Source: Candidatus Eiseniibacteriota bacterium (lineage in GTDB: Bacteria; Eisenbacteria; RBG-16-71-46). From it: a stretch of 64,000 nucleotides of DNA. The notes beneath the pieces are model-generated. The model was not told the origin of the DNA, did not search any database, and saw nothing but the letters and a program-made list of their open reading frames with translations. The stretch is taken from positions 96,001 through 160,000 of the forward strand of contig JBBRLX010000002.1 of the NCBI GenBank assembly GCA_038231135.1, in the 5' to 3' direction. Of this stretch, positions 19,948-30,470 are shown piece by piece. The translations under genes were made by a program, and so were the position numbers. Numbering within the stretch: the first letter of the stretch is position 1; each line of letters starts with the position of its first letter.

Positions 19948-22002
19948 CTACTTCAGCAGCTCGACCTTCGTGATGCGGTCGCCCTGGACGATCGCGCGCA
20001 CCACGTCCATGCCGCGCGTCACACGCGCGAAGATCGTGTACTTGCCGTTCAGGTGCGGCTGGGGCGAGTGGGTGATGAACCACTGGCTGCCGCCGGTGTC
20101 CTTGCCCGACAGCGCCATGCCGACCATGCCGGGCTCGTACCGCAGCCGGTTGTACTCGCAGCGGATCGTGTAGCCCGGCCCCCCGGACCCCGTGCCGGTG
20201 GGGTCGCCGTCCTGGATCACGAAGTTCGGCACCACGCGATGGACCGCCCGGCCGTCGAAATAGCCGCGCGCGGCGAGCCGGGCGAAGTTCTTGACCGTCT
20301 GCACCGCCGCGTCGCGGGCGAACGCCCACTCGATGTCGCCCTTCGTGGTGTGGAGCACGGCCCCCCGCCACGGGGACGGGTCCTCGAACCCGGCGTCATA
20401 GCTGGCGGCGGGCGGCGGCGCGGGATGCGCGTGCTCGACGCTGTCGGCGAATGCCGCGCCCGCGAGCTGCTTGAGCGCGTCGCGGATCGCGATGCGGGCA
20501 TCGGCGTCGGGATCGTGCACGTGCGCCTCGTAAACGCGGGCGAGGTCCGGAATCACCGCCTTGTCGCCGATCTCGCCGAGCGCCGACGCCGCGGATGCGG
20601 CATAGAGCACCGAGCTGTCGGCGAGGCCCGCCCGCAACGTGGGCAGGGCGTCCGCGGCCTTGAGCGTGCCGAGCGCCTCGGCGGCGGTCATGCGTTCGAA
20701 CAGCGGCCGCCCGGGCGCCGTGCGCTCGAGCAGCAGCGGCGTCGCGCGGGCGGCCGGCAGCTGGCCCAGCGCCTGGAGCACTGCGACGCGGGTGTAGATC
20801 GACGGATCGTCGAGCAGCGGCTTGACCGCCGAGATGGCGATGACGCCGGCATGCCCGATCAGTGCGCGCGCCACCGCGCCGCGCGTGGCGGCGTCGGGAT
20901 CGGCGAGCCGGCCGGCGAGTGAATCCACCGCGGCCCCGCGCAGCGTGGTGTCGGCCGCCGTCCACACGAACCGCGCCGCCAGCACCCCCGCCGCCGTGAC
21001 CCGGACATGGGGATCCGCGTGGCCGAGCGCCTTCACCAGGTCGGGCAGGCACGCCTCGCAGGTGGAATCGCCGATCAGCTCGAGCCCGCGCAGCGCGTTC
21101 ACCACCACCGCCGATTCCCTGTCGTCCAGCATCGCGAGCAGGGCCGCGGTGCCGCGCGGAGACTTCTCGCGGCCGATCGTGCGCGCTGCATAGGCGCGCG
21201 ACAGCCAGTCTGCGTCGCGGGTGTGCGTCATCATCGCCGGGACCACCCGATCGGGTGCCGGAATCTTCTCCAGCGCGAACAGCACGCGCCAGCGCACCCC
21301 GGCGTCGGGATCGCGGTGGTGCGCGAGCAGCGCGTCGAGCGCCGTGGAATCGGCCAGCCGCCACAGCGCCACCGCCGCCTCGCCGCGCAGCGCCGCCGAG
21401 CGGTCGCCGAGGAACGCGGCCACGCCCCGGGTGGCGGCGTGGTCCCCGAGCTTGCCGAGTGCTTCGATTGCGAGCTGCCGCAGCGCGGGCGTTCCGGTGG
21501 CCAGCACGGCTTCGAGCGCGGGGCGAGCCGAGCGCTGGCCGATCTGGCCGAGCGCGAACACCGCCTCCTCCCGCACCGCCGGCGTCGGGTCGCGCAGCAA
21601 CGGCAGCAGGCCGGTCACCGATGTCGAATCCTGCAGCCGTCCCACCGCGAGTGCGGCGCGGGCGCGCACCACGGCGTCCCTGGCGCGGAGCTCGGGCGCG
21701 AGCACTTCGGTCCATGGCCGGCGCTGATCCTCGGCGATCGCGATCGCGCGCCACGCCGCCGCCCGGGCCGTGGTAGCGGCCGTCCGGGCGCGGGCCGCCG
21801 CGGGATGCGTGGCGGCCGGCCGAGTGGACGCGGTGGTGGCCCGGCGGGCAGGCGCGGCGGCGGCACCGGCGGTCCTGGTGGCCGCGGACGTACCCGACGC
21901 CCCAGCGGCACCCGCGGCCGTCACGGATCCCGGCAACCCCGCCACGCACAGCGCCACGGCGACCAGCCCGGCTGCGAGTTCCGCGCGGCCGCGCGTGCTC
22001 AC
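19948..22002 (-). CDS. Exported HEAT-repeat protein with C-terminal cyclophilin PPIase domain
   Basis: Repeated D....VR..AA.ALG units; HRVVPNFVIQDGDP, GSGGPGY, DTGGSQWFI, HLNGKYTIF; GTG start overlaps the C25 gene stop. Confidence 0.9.
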   Translation of the reverse strand: MSTRGRAELAAGLVAVALCVAGLPGSVTAAGAAGASGTSAATRTAGAAAAPARRATTASTRPAATHPAAARARTAATTARAAAWRAIAIAEDQRRPWTEVLAPELRARDAVVRARAALAVGRLQDSTSVTGLLPLLRDPTPAVREEAVFALGQIGQRSARPALEAVLATGTPALRQLAIEALGKLGDHAATRGVAAFLGDRSAALRGEAAVALWRLADSTALDALLAHHRDPDAGVRWRVLFALEKIPAPDRVVPAMMTHTRDADWLSRAYAARTIGREKSPRGTAALLAMLDDRESAVVVNALRGLELIGDSTCEACLPDLVKALGHADPHVRVTAAGVLAARFVWTAADTTLRGAAVDSLAGRLADPDAATRGAVARALIGHAGVIAISAVKPLLDDPSIYTRVAVLQALGQLPAARATPLLLERTAPGRPLFERMTAAEALGTLKAADALPTLRAGLADSSVLYAASAASALGEIGDKAVIPDLARVYEAHVHDPDADARIAIRDALKQLAGAAFADSVEHAHPAPPPAASYDAGFEDPSPWRGAVLHTTKGDIEWAFARDAAVQTVKNFARLAARGYFDGRAVHRVVPNFVIQDGDPTGTGSGGPGYTIRCEYNRLRYEPGMVGMALSGKDTGGSQWFITHSPQPHLNGKYTIFARVTRGMDVVRAIVQGDRITKVELLK

Positions 22003-25000
22003 GGAGTGCTCGAAGCGTCCGGTTCGATGGCGTGGTGCGGCTTGCGGAGTTTCACGAGCCGGCCCTGCTCCACCACGTTTCCGGATCCGCTCTTGGCCAT
22101 CAGCTTGTAGAAGTAGATGCCGTTCGCGATCTTCTGGCCCTCGGCGTCGCGGCCGTCCCACGGGATCTGGTGGTAGCCGGGCTCGAGACCCCGTTCCGAA
22201 TGTTCGTAGATCAGGCGCCCCGCGATCGTGAACACGCGCACCAGCAGATCGAACGGCTGGGAGCCCGTGAACTCGAACGAGAAGCGCGTGCCCAGGTCGT
22301 CGTCGAACGGATTCGGGAACGCCATCAGATTCTGCAGCCGGGCGTGATCGGAGACCACGAAGTGGTATTCCGAGATCAGGTTCGCGCCGAGGCTGACCTT
22401 GAGGTCGTAGTCGCCCGCGGCGTAGGGCGCGTGCGTCCAGGCCAGCAGCCACTCGCGGCGCGTGGTGTCCTGCTGGAACGGTTGTGCCGTGAACGTGAGC
22501 GGCACGCCGTTCAGCAGGAGCTGGATGTCGGTGACGGGGTCGATCGGGCTCGGCGACAGCAGCTCGAGCGACAGGTTGGCGTCGCTGCGCACGGCATCGC
22601 CCGACCGGATCGCGACGTTTTCCGACCGCAGCACGGTCCCCAGCTCGAACACGATCGCGAACGCGGTCGGCAGGCCGTTCCGATCGGTGGTGCGGATCAC
22701 GTAGCGATAGGACCCGGCACTGAGACCGGCCTGATAGCTCAGGTGGTAGCGGCGGCCGCCCTGCACGGTGTCCGGAAACGCGGGCGTCACCGTGTAGGCC
22801 GCGGCCGGGATCAGGTGGGTGCCGGTGCCATCCTGCAGCTCGAGCGTGAGAGTCTTCAGCTCGACGTTCGACACCACGTCGGCCTCGATCCGCAGCGTGT
22901 CGCCGGACGACGCCAGCCGCACCGGCTCGCCGTTCGTGACCGGCACGCCGTTCGCCGTCACCAGCACCTCCGGCGAGCCGATCGAGATGCGCGTGGCCGG
23001 GTCGCCGAGCAGGGCGTACGTGTAGCCGACGAGCTGCTCGTACACGTTGCCCGCCTCCTCGGAGTAGGTGTCCTCGAGCGCCAGCGCGACGGCCTCTCCG
23101 AGCACGACGCGGGCGCCGTGCTCGCCGACGCCGGGATCGAGCGCCGGGTTCGCGAACAGGTGGTTCGCGAACCGGGTGTTGAGGTGCGGGCTGCCATCGT
23201 TGGCCGGCAGGATCTCGAATCCGACCGAGGCCCACGACGCGATCGAGCCGCGATTCGGCAGCATCACCATGTCCTCGCCCAGCGACGGGCCGATGTTGTC
23301 CTTGTTCTCGTGCCACGCCGCGAAGCCGTTTGGATGGCACGAGAACGCGGTGAACAGGAACGGCTTGTCGACGTTGGTGAACAGCTCCTTGTCGTCGTTC
23401 ACGCCGCGGTTCACGTACAGGTCCTCGTGCGCGAGCACGTACTGGTTCGCGTGGCCCTGGTAGTTCCACCACATCCGGCCCTCGTTCAGCCGCTGGAAGA
23501 TCAGCGGCGTCACCGTGGCGTGGCTGCGGCGCTGCGTGTCGGTCCAGCTCACGCGGCAGGTGTCGCCCTGGAAGTCGAGCGTGTAGGGCTCGTTGCGCAG
23601 GTAGTAGGTGACGTCGAACACCTCGACGTTCATGTCGCGCAACCCCGCGTGGTCAATGATGATCGAACGACAGGAGTCGCTGAGCGCCTTGAACACCAGC
23701 TCGTAGGTCTTCTCGCAATACTGGGTCGTGCTGCCGCCGAAGCCGTCGAACGTCGTGGTCGAGTACTTGTCGTCGGCGAGCAGCAGCACGTCCTTGCGCC
23801 AGGTCTGGTCGGGCGTGAGGTTCTCGTACTTGACCAGTTTGCCGACGACCGCCGTCAGGTCGTCGTGCGAGTCGGCCGGGATGCGGCCCAGGAAGATGCT
23901 GGGCAGGCTCGGCGTCTCGAAGCTCACGAGCCAGTTGTCGCACGGCACGATCTCGCGGGCATCGCCCGAGAACACCGGACCGAACAGCTTGTACGTGGGC
24001 ACGTAGTCGGTGCCCGACAACCCGTCGTAGTTCAGCGGGTCCTCGCTCGCGTCGCCGAGCAGGATCGCGAACTCCGAGTTCCACGCGTTGAACGCGTACT
24101 CGAAGAACCGCCGCAGCGCATACGGCGAGCGGCGGCCGCCGTTGAATTCGTCGTCCACCGCCTCGAGCGGCGCCACCAGCACCTTGTAGCCCTGCGCGCG
24201 GCGCATGTCGGCCAGCGTGTTCGCCGCGTCCAGCCACGCCTCGGGCACGACGATCAGGTAGTTGGGGCTCGTGGCGCCGGCGAGGTTGCGCCGGATCACC
24301 GCCGTGATGCGTTCCGGAGCCAGCACCTTGGGCGTGTCGTACACGACGTAGCTGCGCTTCTCGCCGCCGCTCGAGTCCTGGAATGCGAGCGTGTACTCCG
24401 CGCCGTCGAACGTGATGTGCGACGGATCCACGTCGAGCCGCACCGGGTTCAGCGAATCGGTGACGTCGTAGGCCCGGAGGCCGCCGGCGACGAACCCCGA
24501 GGCCTGCACTTCGTACGCGCCCGCGGCGTTGCCGTTCGTGCACGACAGCACGCCCCCGATGGCCCGGTAGTAGCGCCAGTAGGTCAGCTGGAACCAGTCG
24601 AGCGATGCATATGACAGCAGGTTGGCCCCCGAGCGCCCCCAGGTCTTGAACACGTTCGTCGGGCCCTCGGTGAGCGCGGAGCCGTGCAGCGTCGCTGTGG
24701 CGCGGAAGTCCTGGTAGCCGAACCACCGCGCCGAGTCGGCGATCGAAGTCGTGGCCCCGCGGAAATTGCGCACGTCGGCCCACACCGCATGGTTCGAGTT
24801 CTGGCTGCCCCCCCAGTTCACGACAAACTGCACCTGCTTCGTGGTGTCGAGGTCGTCGGTCTCGAACGGGAACGAATCGCGCCGCGAATAGAACAGCACG
24901 TCGGACCAGTGGAACTGGTCGGTGTTCGTGTCGGGCGGGAACCGCGTGTACTGGACGTTCTGTTCGAACTTCTGGAGGAACGGATACGAGAACAGCACCG

Positions 25001-26147
25001 GCGGGCCCGAGAGATTGCGCCAGCCCGGCCGCGACGCCATCCGCAGCGCCGGCCGGTCGGTGATGTACGTGGCGTACAGCACGTCGCCCTCGCCCCACTG
25101 GCGCTGCCAGAAGTTCACCCGCGAGCGCTGGGCCCAGCTCTGCACGAATGCCAGGATGCGGTCGCCGGCGTCGAACACGCCGTTCGCGTTTGCGTCGTCG
25201 AGTTCGATCGGCAGCTCGATCGTGGCGTACGCCGGATCCGCGTGTTCGATGAACTCGTGACGATGGACGCTCACCTGCCCCACCGGAACGCCCGCGGGGA
25301 ACCCGCTGGCGGCGAGATCCTCGAATCGGAACGCGTAGACGCCCGAGGTGTCGGTCAGCAGCCGGACTTCGGTGTGGGTCTCGTCGAACCCGGTGACGCG
25401 GGCGGCGCCGAGCGCCCCCGTACGGCGGCCCGCGGCGTCGTCGAACAGCGACGAGCGGCCGGAACGCAGCGGCTGCGCGCGCGCGCGCCAGGCACGGGAG
25501 TCGCGGAAATTGAGCACCGCGGTCTCGAGCACCGGATCCCAGTGCGCGTCCGGCGACGACACGCCGTCGGTCACCCGGCCACCCACGAAATCCACGCGCA
25601 CCGTCATGCTGCGGTGCACGGTGAGCCGGCCCAGGCTCTCGTCGTAACGGAACGGGTGCACGTGCACGGCCACGAGCCGCTGGCGGCGCAGCACGTAGGG
25701 AGTCGACGCATCCGCGGCCTGCGCGGGCCACGGCCCGTCGCGAATCGGATCGACCGGCTCGATCACCGGGATCTGATCCGCGCTGCCCGGGTCGCCTTTT
25801 AGCGCCGGGCGGCCATTCGGGGCGAGCCGCACGTCCTTCGACTCCTCTGCCGACGTTCCCAGCACGCGCACGACCGCGCGCGCTCCCGGCGGCAGCGCCA
25901 GCGTGACGGATGCGAACGGCAGCGCCGGCCGGCCGGGGGTGCGGTCGGCGCCGCCGAGCACCGCGTGGAGTAGGCTGCGGGCCTCGGCCGCGGGTTCAAG
26001 GTCGTAGCCCGGGACCTCGAGCTGCAGCGTGACCCCGGTGGCATCCGAGCGGACGAGGCGAAGCGGCCCGGCGAGCGAGGGCCCGGCGAGGGCGATGGAC
26101 GCAAGGAACGCGGCGAATGTGCCGAAAAGGCGGGAATGAAGGGTCAT
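21999..26147 (-). CDS. Peptidase C25 (gingipain/PorU-like) with propeptide and C-terminal FlgD-Ig/T9SS-CTD-like domain
   Basis: Signal peptide; YLIV, LLGDAS, LGRIP, LLLADD, NYQGHA (His), AFSC (Cys), LLGDPA; C-terminal FPNPF...FTIAGRLI...WDGRD..G..IANGIYFYKL. Confidence 0.88.
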   Translation of the reverse strand: MTLHSRLFGTFAAFLASIALAGPSLAGPLRLVRSDATGVTLQLEVPGYDLEPAAEARSLLHAVLGGADRTPGRPALPFASVTLALPPGARAVVRVLGTSAEESKDVRLAPNGRPALKGDPGSADQIPVIEPVDPIRDGPWPAQAADASTPYVLRRQRLVAVHVHPFRYDESLGRLTVHRSMTVRVDFVGGRVTDGVSSPDAHWDPVLETAVLNFRDSRAWRARAQPLRSGRSSLFDDAAGRRTGALGAARVTGFDETHTEVRLLTDTSGVYAFRFEDLAASGFPAGVPVGQVSVHRHEFIEHADPAYATIELPIELDDANANGVFDAGDRILAFVQSWAQRSRVNFWQRQWGEGDVLYATYITDRPALRMASRPGWRNLSGPPVLFSYPFLQKFEQNVQYTRFPPDTNTDQFHWSDVLFYSRRDSFPFETDDLDTTKQVQFVVNWGGSQNSNHAVWADVRNFRGATTSIADSARWFGYQDFRATATLHGSALTEGPTNVFKTWGRSGANLLSYASLDWFQLTYWRYYRAIGGVLSCTNGNAAGAYEVQASGFVAGGLRAYDVTDSLNPVRLDVDPSHITFDGAEYTLAFQDSSGGEKRSYVVYDTPKVLAPERITAVIRRNLAGATSPNYLIVVPEAWLDAANTLADMRRAQGYKVLVAPLEAVDDEFNGGRRSPYALRRFFEYAFNAWNSEFAILLGDASEDPLNYDGLSGTDYVPTYKLFGPVFSGDAREIVPCDNWLVSFETPSLPSIFLGRIPADSHDDLTAVVGKLVKYENLTPDQTWRKDVLLLADDKYSTTTFDGFGGSTTQYCEKTYELVFKALSDSCRSIIIDHAGLRDMNVEVFDVTYYLRNEPYTLDFQGDTCRVSWTDTQRRSHATVTPLIFQRLNEGRMWWNYQGHANQYVLAHEDLYVNRGVNDDKELFTNVDKPFLFTAFSCHPNGFAAWHENKDNIGPSLGEDMVMLPNRGSIASWASVGFEILPANDGSPHLNTRFANHLFANPALDPGVGEHGARVVLGEAVALALEDTYSEEAGNVYEQLVGYTYALLGDPATRISIGSPEVLVTANGVPVTNGEPVRLASSGDTLRIEADVVSNVELKTLTLELQDGTGTHLIPAAAYTVTPAFPDTVQGGRRYHLSYQAGLSAGSYRYVIRTTDRNGLPTAFAIVFELGTVLRSENVAIRSGDAVRSDANLSLELLSPSPIDPVTDIQLLLNGVPLTFTAQPFQQDTTRREWLLAWTHAPYAAGDYDLKVSLGANLISEYHFVVSDHARLQNLMAFPNPFDDDLGTRFSFEFTGSQPFDLLVRVFTIAGRLIYEHSERGLEPGYHQIPWDGRDAEGQKIANGIYFYKLMAKSGSGNVVEQGRLVKLRKPHHAIEPDASSTP

Positions 26148-26162
26148 GAACGTCCGGAGTGT

Positions 26163-27509
26163 ATGAAGGTGCGTGAGAAGCGGTCAAACATGGGGGTGGT
26201 GCTGTTGGTTTCGGCTCTCGGGGCCCTGCCCTTGAAGGCCCTGGCGGCGCCGCCCGACACCGTACTCGCCACGGTCGGCCCCAGCGCCATCACCGCCGCC
26301 GAATTCCGGCACGCCTGGCAGGAAACCCACCCGGACCGGTCTCACGAACGCCTTACCCCGCAGGCGGTCCGGGGGTTTCTCGAAGTTCTGGTCGACCGGG
26401 CCCTGATCCGCGCCGCCGCGGCCCGCAACCCGTCGCCGTGGACCGCGGCGGACAGCGCCGCCTTTGCCGCCGACGAGGACCGCATGGTGCTGGGCGGGGC
26501 GCTGCGACAACTGCTGGCCGGGACGCGCGCCGCGGCCCGGGACACCGCCATGGACGAAGGCGCGCTCGGCGTGCTCGCCCGCGAGCAGGTCATGGCGGTG
26601 CTGGCTCCGGTCTACGACGAACCGTTGCTCGCGCGCATCGCGCGGTCGTTCCGCGGCCTGCCGCGGCCGGCGCCCAATGCGTCGCTCGCCGCCCAGCTCC
26701 GGATGCTGTCGGCGCTGCCGGTATTCGACCCCACCGACCGCGATGCCACGCTGGCGCGCACCACGGGCGCGGGCGCCTATACCGTCCGGGACCTCGAGCG
26801 CCAGTGGGCGGGGCTGTCGCCGGCCTACCGGCCCCGGGTGGTGGCGGCGGAGCAGGTGCGCGATCTGGTCGCGAACGGGCTGTTCGAACGCTGGCTGCGC
26901 CGCACCGCGCGCGAGCAGCACGCCGCCCAGGCCCCCGCGGTCCTCGCGGAGCTCGAGCGGGAGCGCGAGGCGATCGCGATCGACCACCTGATGGCGCGCG
27001 AGATCCACGAGCGCATCGTTCCCGACACCGCGGCGGTCGAGCGCTGGTTCCTGAGCCGGGCGACCCGCTGGACGCTGCCGAAGCGCTACCTCGTCACCCG
27101 GCTGGTGATCGGCGACCGGCGCGCGGCGTTGGGCATGTCGAACACGCTCAGGGACGCCGCCGCCGCCGAGAGCCTGGTGGCCCGGGCGCAACGGCGCGGT
27201 GTGCGCTATCGCGGCGAGATCTCCGCCCTCACCGATTCGGCGGACTTCGAGCGCGCCCGGCGCACGCGCGTGGGTGCCGTGACCGGTCCCGATTCGACCG
27301 CCGACGGCTGGGCGGTGTTGCGGGTCGACGCCGTGCTGCCGGCCCGGCGCCGGACCTGGGCCGAAGCGCGCGACGACGCGATGGGGGCGTGGTACGCCGA
27401 ACGCAGCGCCGAACGTCTGGAGGCCCTGCTGGCCCGGGAGCGGCGCACCACGCGGATCCGCAGGCCCCCGCTGCCGGCGGCGCTGAGCGCCGGACTCACC
27501 GAGCCCTGA
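26163..27509 (+). CDS. Degenerate SurA/PrsA-like foldase (parvulin-type PPIase-like)
   Basis: DTVLATVG...IT..EF, VTGP....GWAVLRV, TW.EAR; start uncertain (26136/26163/26190). Confidence 0.6.
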   Translation: MKVREKRSNMGVVLLVSALGALPLKALAAPPDTVLATVGPSAITAAEFRHAWQETHPDRSHERLTPQAVRGFLEVLVDRALIRAAAARNPSPWTAADSAAFAADEDRMVLGGALRQLLAGTRAAARDTAMDEGALGVLAREQVMAVLAPVYDEPLLARIARSFRGLPRPAPNASLAAQLRMLSALPVFDPTDRDATLARTTGAGAYTVRDLERQWAGLSPAYRPRVVAAEQVRDLVANGLFERWLRRTAREQHAAQAPAVLAELEREREAIAIDHLMAREIHERIVPDTAAVERWFLSRATRWTLPKRYLVTRLVIGDRRAALGMSNTLRDAAAAESLVARAQRRGVRYRGEISALTDSADFERARRTRVGAVTGPDSTADGWAVLRVDAVLPARRRTWAEARDDAMGAWYAERSAERLEALLARERRTTRIRRPPLPAALSAGLTEP

Positions 27510-27608
27510 GGGCCTTGACGCTGATTTCGTGCGCCTTCTAGACTCGCTGGCCTCACCTCCCCCCATACTCCCGCAACCCATGAAGGCGCCGTGCGCCCTG
27601 GAGACTCG

Positions 27609-29477
27609 ATGAAGCGTGAGCTCATGGCTGTCACCTGTCTGGCGTGTCTGGCCCTGACCCTGAACCTGGCGCTCGCGGCGGCGGCGCCCAAGAGCCCGCG
27701 CGCACGGAGCGCGACCGGCACCACCCGGACGACGGCGGGCTCCCACGCAGCCTCCAGGACTGGCTCCAAGACAGCCTCCCAGTCTGCTGCGCGCCCGGTG
27801 AGCGCCGGCTCTGGACATGGGCCCGGGGTCCCCGACGCGGTGTCCTTACCGCTGCTGTCCGACTCGGACGTGCTCGCCCGGGTCGCGGACCGGGTCATCA
27901 CCGTCAAGGACTTCAACGACGCCTACTTCAACGGCGATCCCGAAGCCCGCCCCGGCACCGACAGCCTGAGCCGGGTCGGGTTCCTGACCAGCATGGTGAA
28001 CAAGGAGGTCCTGGGACTCGTGGCGCTCAAGATCGACAAGCCGCTCGAATTCGAGGACCGCACCACGCTGCGCGACCATACGAACCGCGTGCTGTCGAAC
28101 GTGCTGTACGCGCGGATGGTGATCGATTCGGTGCAGATCACCGACGCGGACATCGCGAAGATGTACGAGCAGTTCAAGTACGAGGTCCATCTCAAGCATA
28201 TTCAAGTCGCCGACCACGCCACCGCGGAGCAGGTGCGCCACGAGCTGCAGTCGAGGCGGTTGCCGTGGAGCGTCGCGGTCCGCAAGTACTCGGTGGCGCA
28301 GGACCGCGAGCGGGATGGCGACATGGGCTGGCGGGGACGGCTCGGGATGGACGCCACGATCGCCGCCGCGGTATGGGAACTCAAGCCGGGGGAACTGTCG
28401 GAGGTGCTCGAGGACCCGCAGGGCTTCCACGTCCTGATGGTGTCGGAGCGCAGGCCGACCACGGCGCCGGCGCTCACGCCGTTGCGCTCGATGATCCATG
28501 ACCAGATCCTCGGACTGCGTGCCGGCGAGCGCCAGCGCGACATCCAGGTGCGGCTGATCTCGAAGGTGAACGTCGTCTACGACGAAGCGAACATCCGCTG
28601 GGCGTCGGGCAAGTTCGAGCGGGCCGTGTCCATGACCTCCGACGGCCAGGCCCCGACGATCGAGATCAATCCGAATCTGCCCGACGTCACGACCACCGAC
28701 CGCGCCCGCGTGCTGGCGCACTACAAGGGCGGCCAGGTCACCATGGACCAGTTGCTGCACGCCTACGAGAGCATGCCCACGATGCTGCGGCCGGCGATGA
28801 ACACCGTCGCCGCCGTGGAGGAGCAGGTCCAGGCGATCATCCTCGAACCCACGATGCTCCAGCTCGCGTACGATCGCGGCCTCGACAAGGATCCCGAGGC
28901 GGTGTCGCTGATCCGCAAGAAGCGCGAGGAACTGCTGGTCACGCACATGTTCCAGGACTCGATCCAGTCGCGCGTGAAGGTGACCGCCGCCATGCGCCAC
29001 AAGTATTACGAGGACAACAAGAAGGGGTATTTCACGTTCCCGCACGTGCAATACGCCGCGTTCTCGGTCCATTCCAAGGCGGGGGCGGATTCGCTCAAGG
29101 CGCGGCTGCTGCGCGGCGAGAAGGCCGAGGCGATCCTGCTCGCGGATTCACTCGCGGGCGTGAAACGCGGCTCGATCCAGGGGCGGTTCCAGAGCGAGCA
29201 TGGTCCCTATCAGAAGGTGCTGTTCGAGGAGCTGAGGCCGGGACAGGTGACGACGGATGGGCCCGACCGGTCCGGCGACTACATCGTGCTCCAGTCGATC
29301 GCGTTCGATGGCGGCCACCAGCTGACGTTCGCGGAGGTCGAGCGCTCGCTGGACGAATCGCTGCAGAACGCGGAGGCCGACCGCATGCTCCAGCAGTTCA
29401 TCGCGCGGCACGCGAAGGCGTATCGCGTCGAGGAGCATCCCGAGCGCGTCATGCACTTCCGGCTCAGCGCCGGCTGA
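27609..29477 (+). CDS. SurA/PpiD-like parvulin peptidyl-prolyl isomerase (two rotamase-like domains)
   Basis: Signal peptide, VLARVADRVITV, VHLKHIQV, DGDMGW, LKPGELSE, GFHV. Confidence 0.85.
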   Translation: MKRELMAVTCLACLALTLNLALAAAAPKSPRARSATGTTRTTAGSHAASRTGSKTASQSAARPVSAGSGHGPGVPDAVSLPLLSDSDVLARVADRVITVKDFNDAYFNGDPEARPGTDSLSRVGFLTSMVNKEVLGLVALKIDKPLEFEDRTTLRDHTNRVLSNVLYARMVIDSVQITDADIAKMYEQFKYEVHLKHIQVADHATAEQVRHELQSRRLPWSVAVRKYSVAQDRERDGDMGWRGRLGMDATIAAAVWELKPGELSEVLEDPQGFHVLMVSERRPTTAPALTPLRSMIHDQILGLRAGERQRDIQVRLISKVNVVYDEANIRWASGKFERAVSMTSDGQAPTIEINPNLPDVTTTDRARVLAHYKGGQVTMDQLLHAYESMPTMLRPAMNTVAAVEEQVQAIILEPTMLQLAYDRGLDKDPEAVSLIRKKREELLVTHMFQDSIQSRVKVTAAMRHKYYEDNKKGYFTFPHVQYAAFSVHSKAGADSLKARLLRGEKAEAILLADSLAGVKRGSIQGRFQSEHGPYQKVLFEELRPGQVTTDGPDRSGDYIVLQSIAFDGGHQLTFAEVERSLDESLQNAEADRMLQQFIARHAKAYRVEEHPERVMHFRLSAG

Positions 29478-29552
29478 TCGGCGGCGCAGGCCCTGGAGAC
29501 GAATGCCCGTCGCGGACGGCGGGCATCGTCCCGGTTCGGCCCGTGTGCCCCG

Positions 29553-30293
29553 TCAGCGATACAGGCCCTTGATCGTGCCCCAGGTGGTGTTGCGGACCGG
29601 CGTGCTGCTCGGGCAGTTGGCGACGGCCGAATTCTGCCAGGTGACGTAGTTGCGGTCCTTGGGCGTCGTCAGCACGGGATCGTTGTTCTGATCCGGCGGC
29701 TGGAACAACTGGATGCTGTTGAACACGATGCACGCCTCCTGCGAGCAACCGGCGCAGGATCCGCCACCGAGGGTCTTCGAACGCGCCAGATTCACCTTGA
29801 ACGCGTAGTACTCGGTGGCCGAGTCCACCGGACCACGGTTGTCGATGGGAACGGCACACGTCACGCGCAGCCGCCCGCGATTCGCGCTCTGGAACCCCGA
29901 ATCCCAGGCGGTGCCGCCGGCCGCCTGACCGACGTAGAAGTCGGCGCAGGTGAACGGGCCCGCGGTGAAATCGAAGCTCGTCGACATGCCGGTGGTGCCG
30001 CGACATTCGGCGGCGCCGTGCCGCCACCAGTCGGGAAGCGTGGCGCCCACCTTCACGTCGAGCTGGGCGGTCATCCCGAGGAACTGCGTCACGCCCGCTG
30101 GCGGCGTGAACGACGCGAGCATTGAAAACGGCAGGCCGGAATTGCTGTTGCAGTCGAAGGTCGCCGAGGCCGCCCCGGCAGTCCCGCAGTCGTTCCACGA
30201 CAGGTTGATTCCGCTCACGTTCACTCCGGCGGTTGCCAGCCCCGAAAACGCCATCAACGCCAGCCCCGCCATCCCGAGCATCCTGCTCTTCAT
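29553..30293 (-). CDS. Secreted Cys-rich paralogue A with WG-x-K-x-LYR tail
   Basis: GAGGAGG RBS, signal peptide, GINLSWNDCG, LPDWW, ends TTWGTIKGLYR. Confidence 0.9.
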   Translation of the reverse strand: MKSRMLGMAGLALMAFSGLATAGVNVSGINLSWNDCGTAGAASATFDCNSNSGLPFSMLASFTPPAGVTQFLGMTAQLDVKVGATLPDWWRHGAAECRGTTGMSTSFDFTAGPFTCADFYVGQAAGGTAWDSGFQSANRGRLRVTCAVPIDNRGPVDSATEYYAFKVNLARSKTLGGGSCAGCSQEACIVFNSIQLFQPPDQNNDPVLTTPKDRNYVTWQNSAVANCPSSTPVRNTTWGTIKGLYR

Positions 30294-30470
30294 CGGTTCC
30301 TCCTCGCGAGCCCCTTTTTGTTGATCACGCCACACGATGCAGGCGCGGGGCGGAAACGCGCGCCACGCGGATGGATCCCAGGCCGGATCGCACCGTACCA
30401 CGCAGCGCCGATGGCGGGACACTCGCGCGCCGATTCGCCGTCACCGGGACGGACTCCACGGCGCCGCCCG

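Noticed and set aside
19948..23472. 1174-aa ORF as one protein
   Set aside because: The region above 22002 overlaps the C25 gene in another frame; a GTGA-coupled start at 22002 precedes a signal peptide
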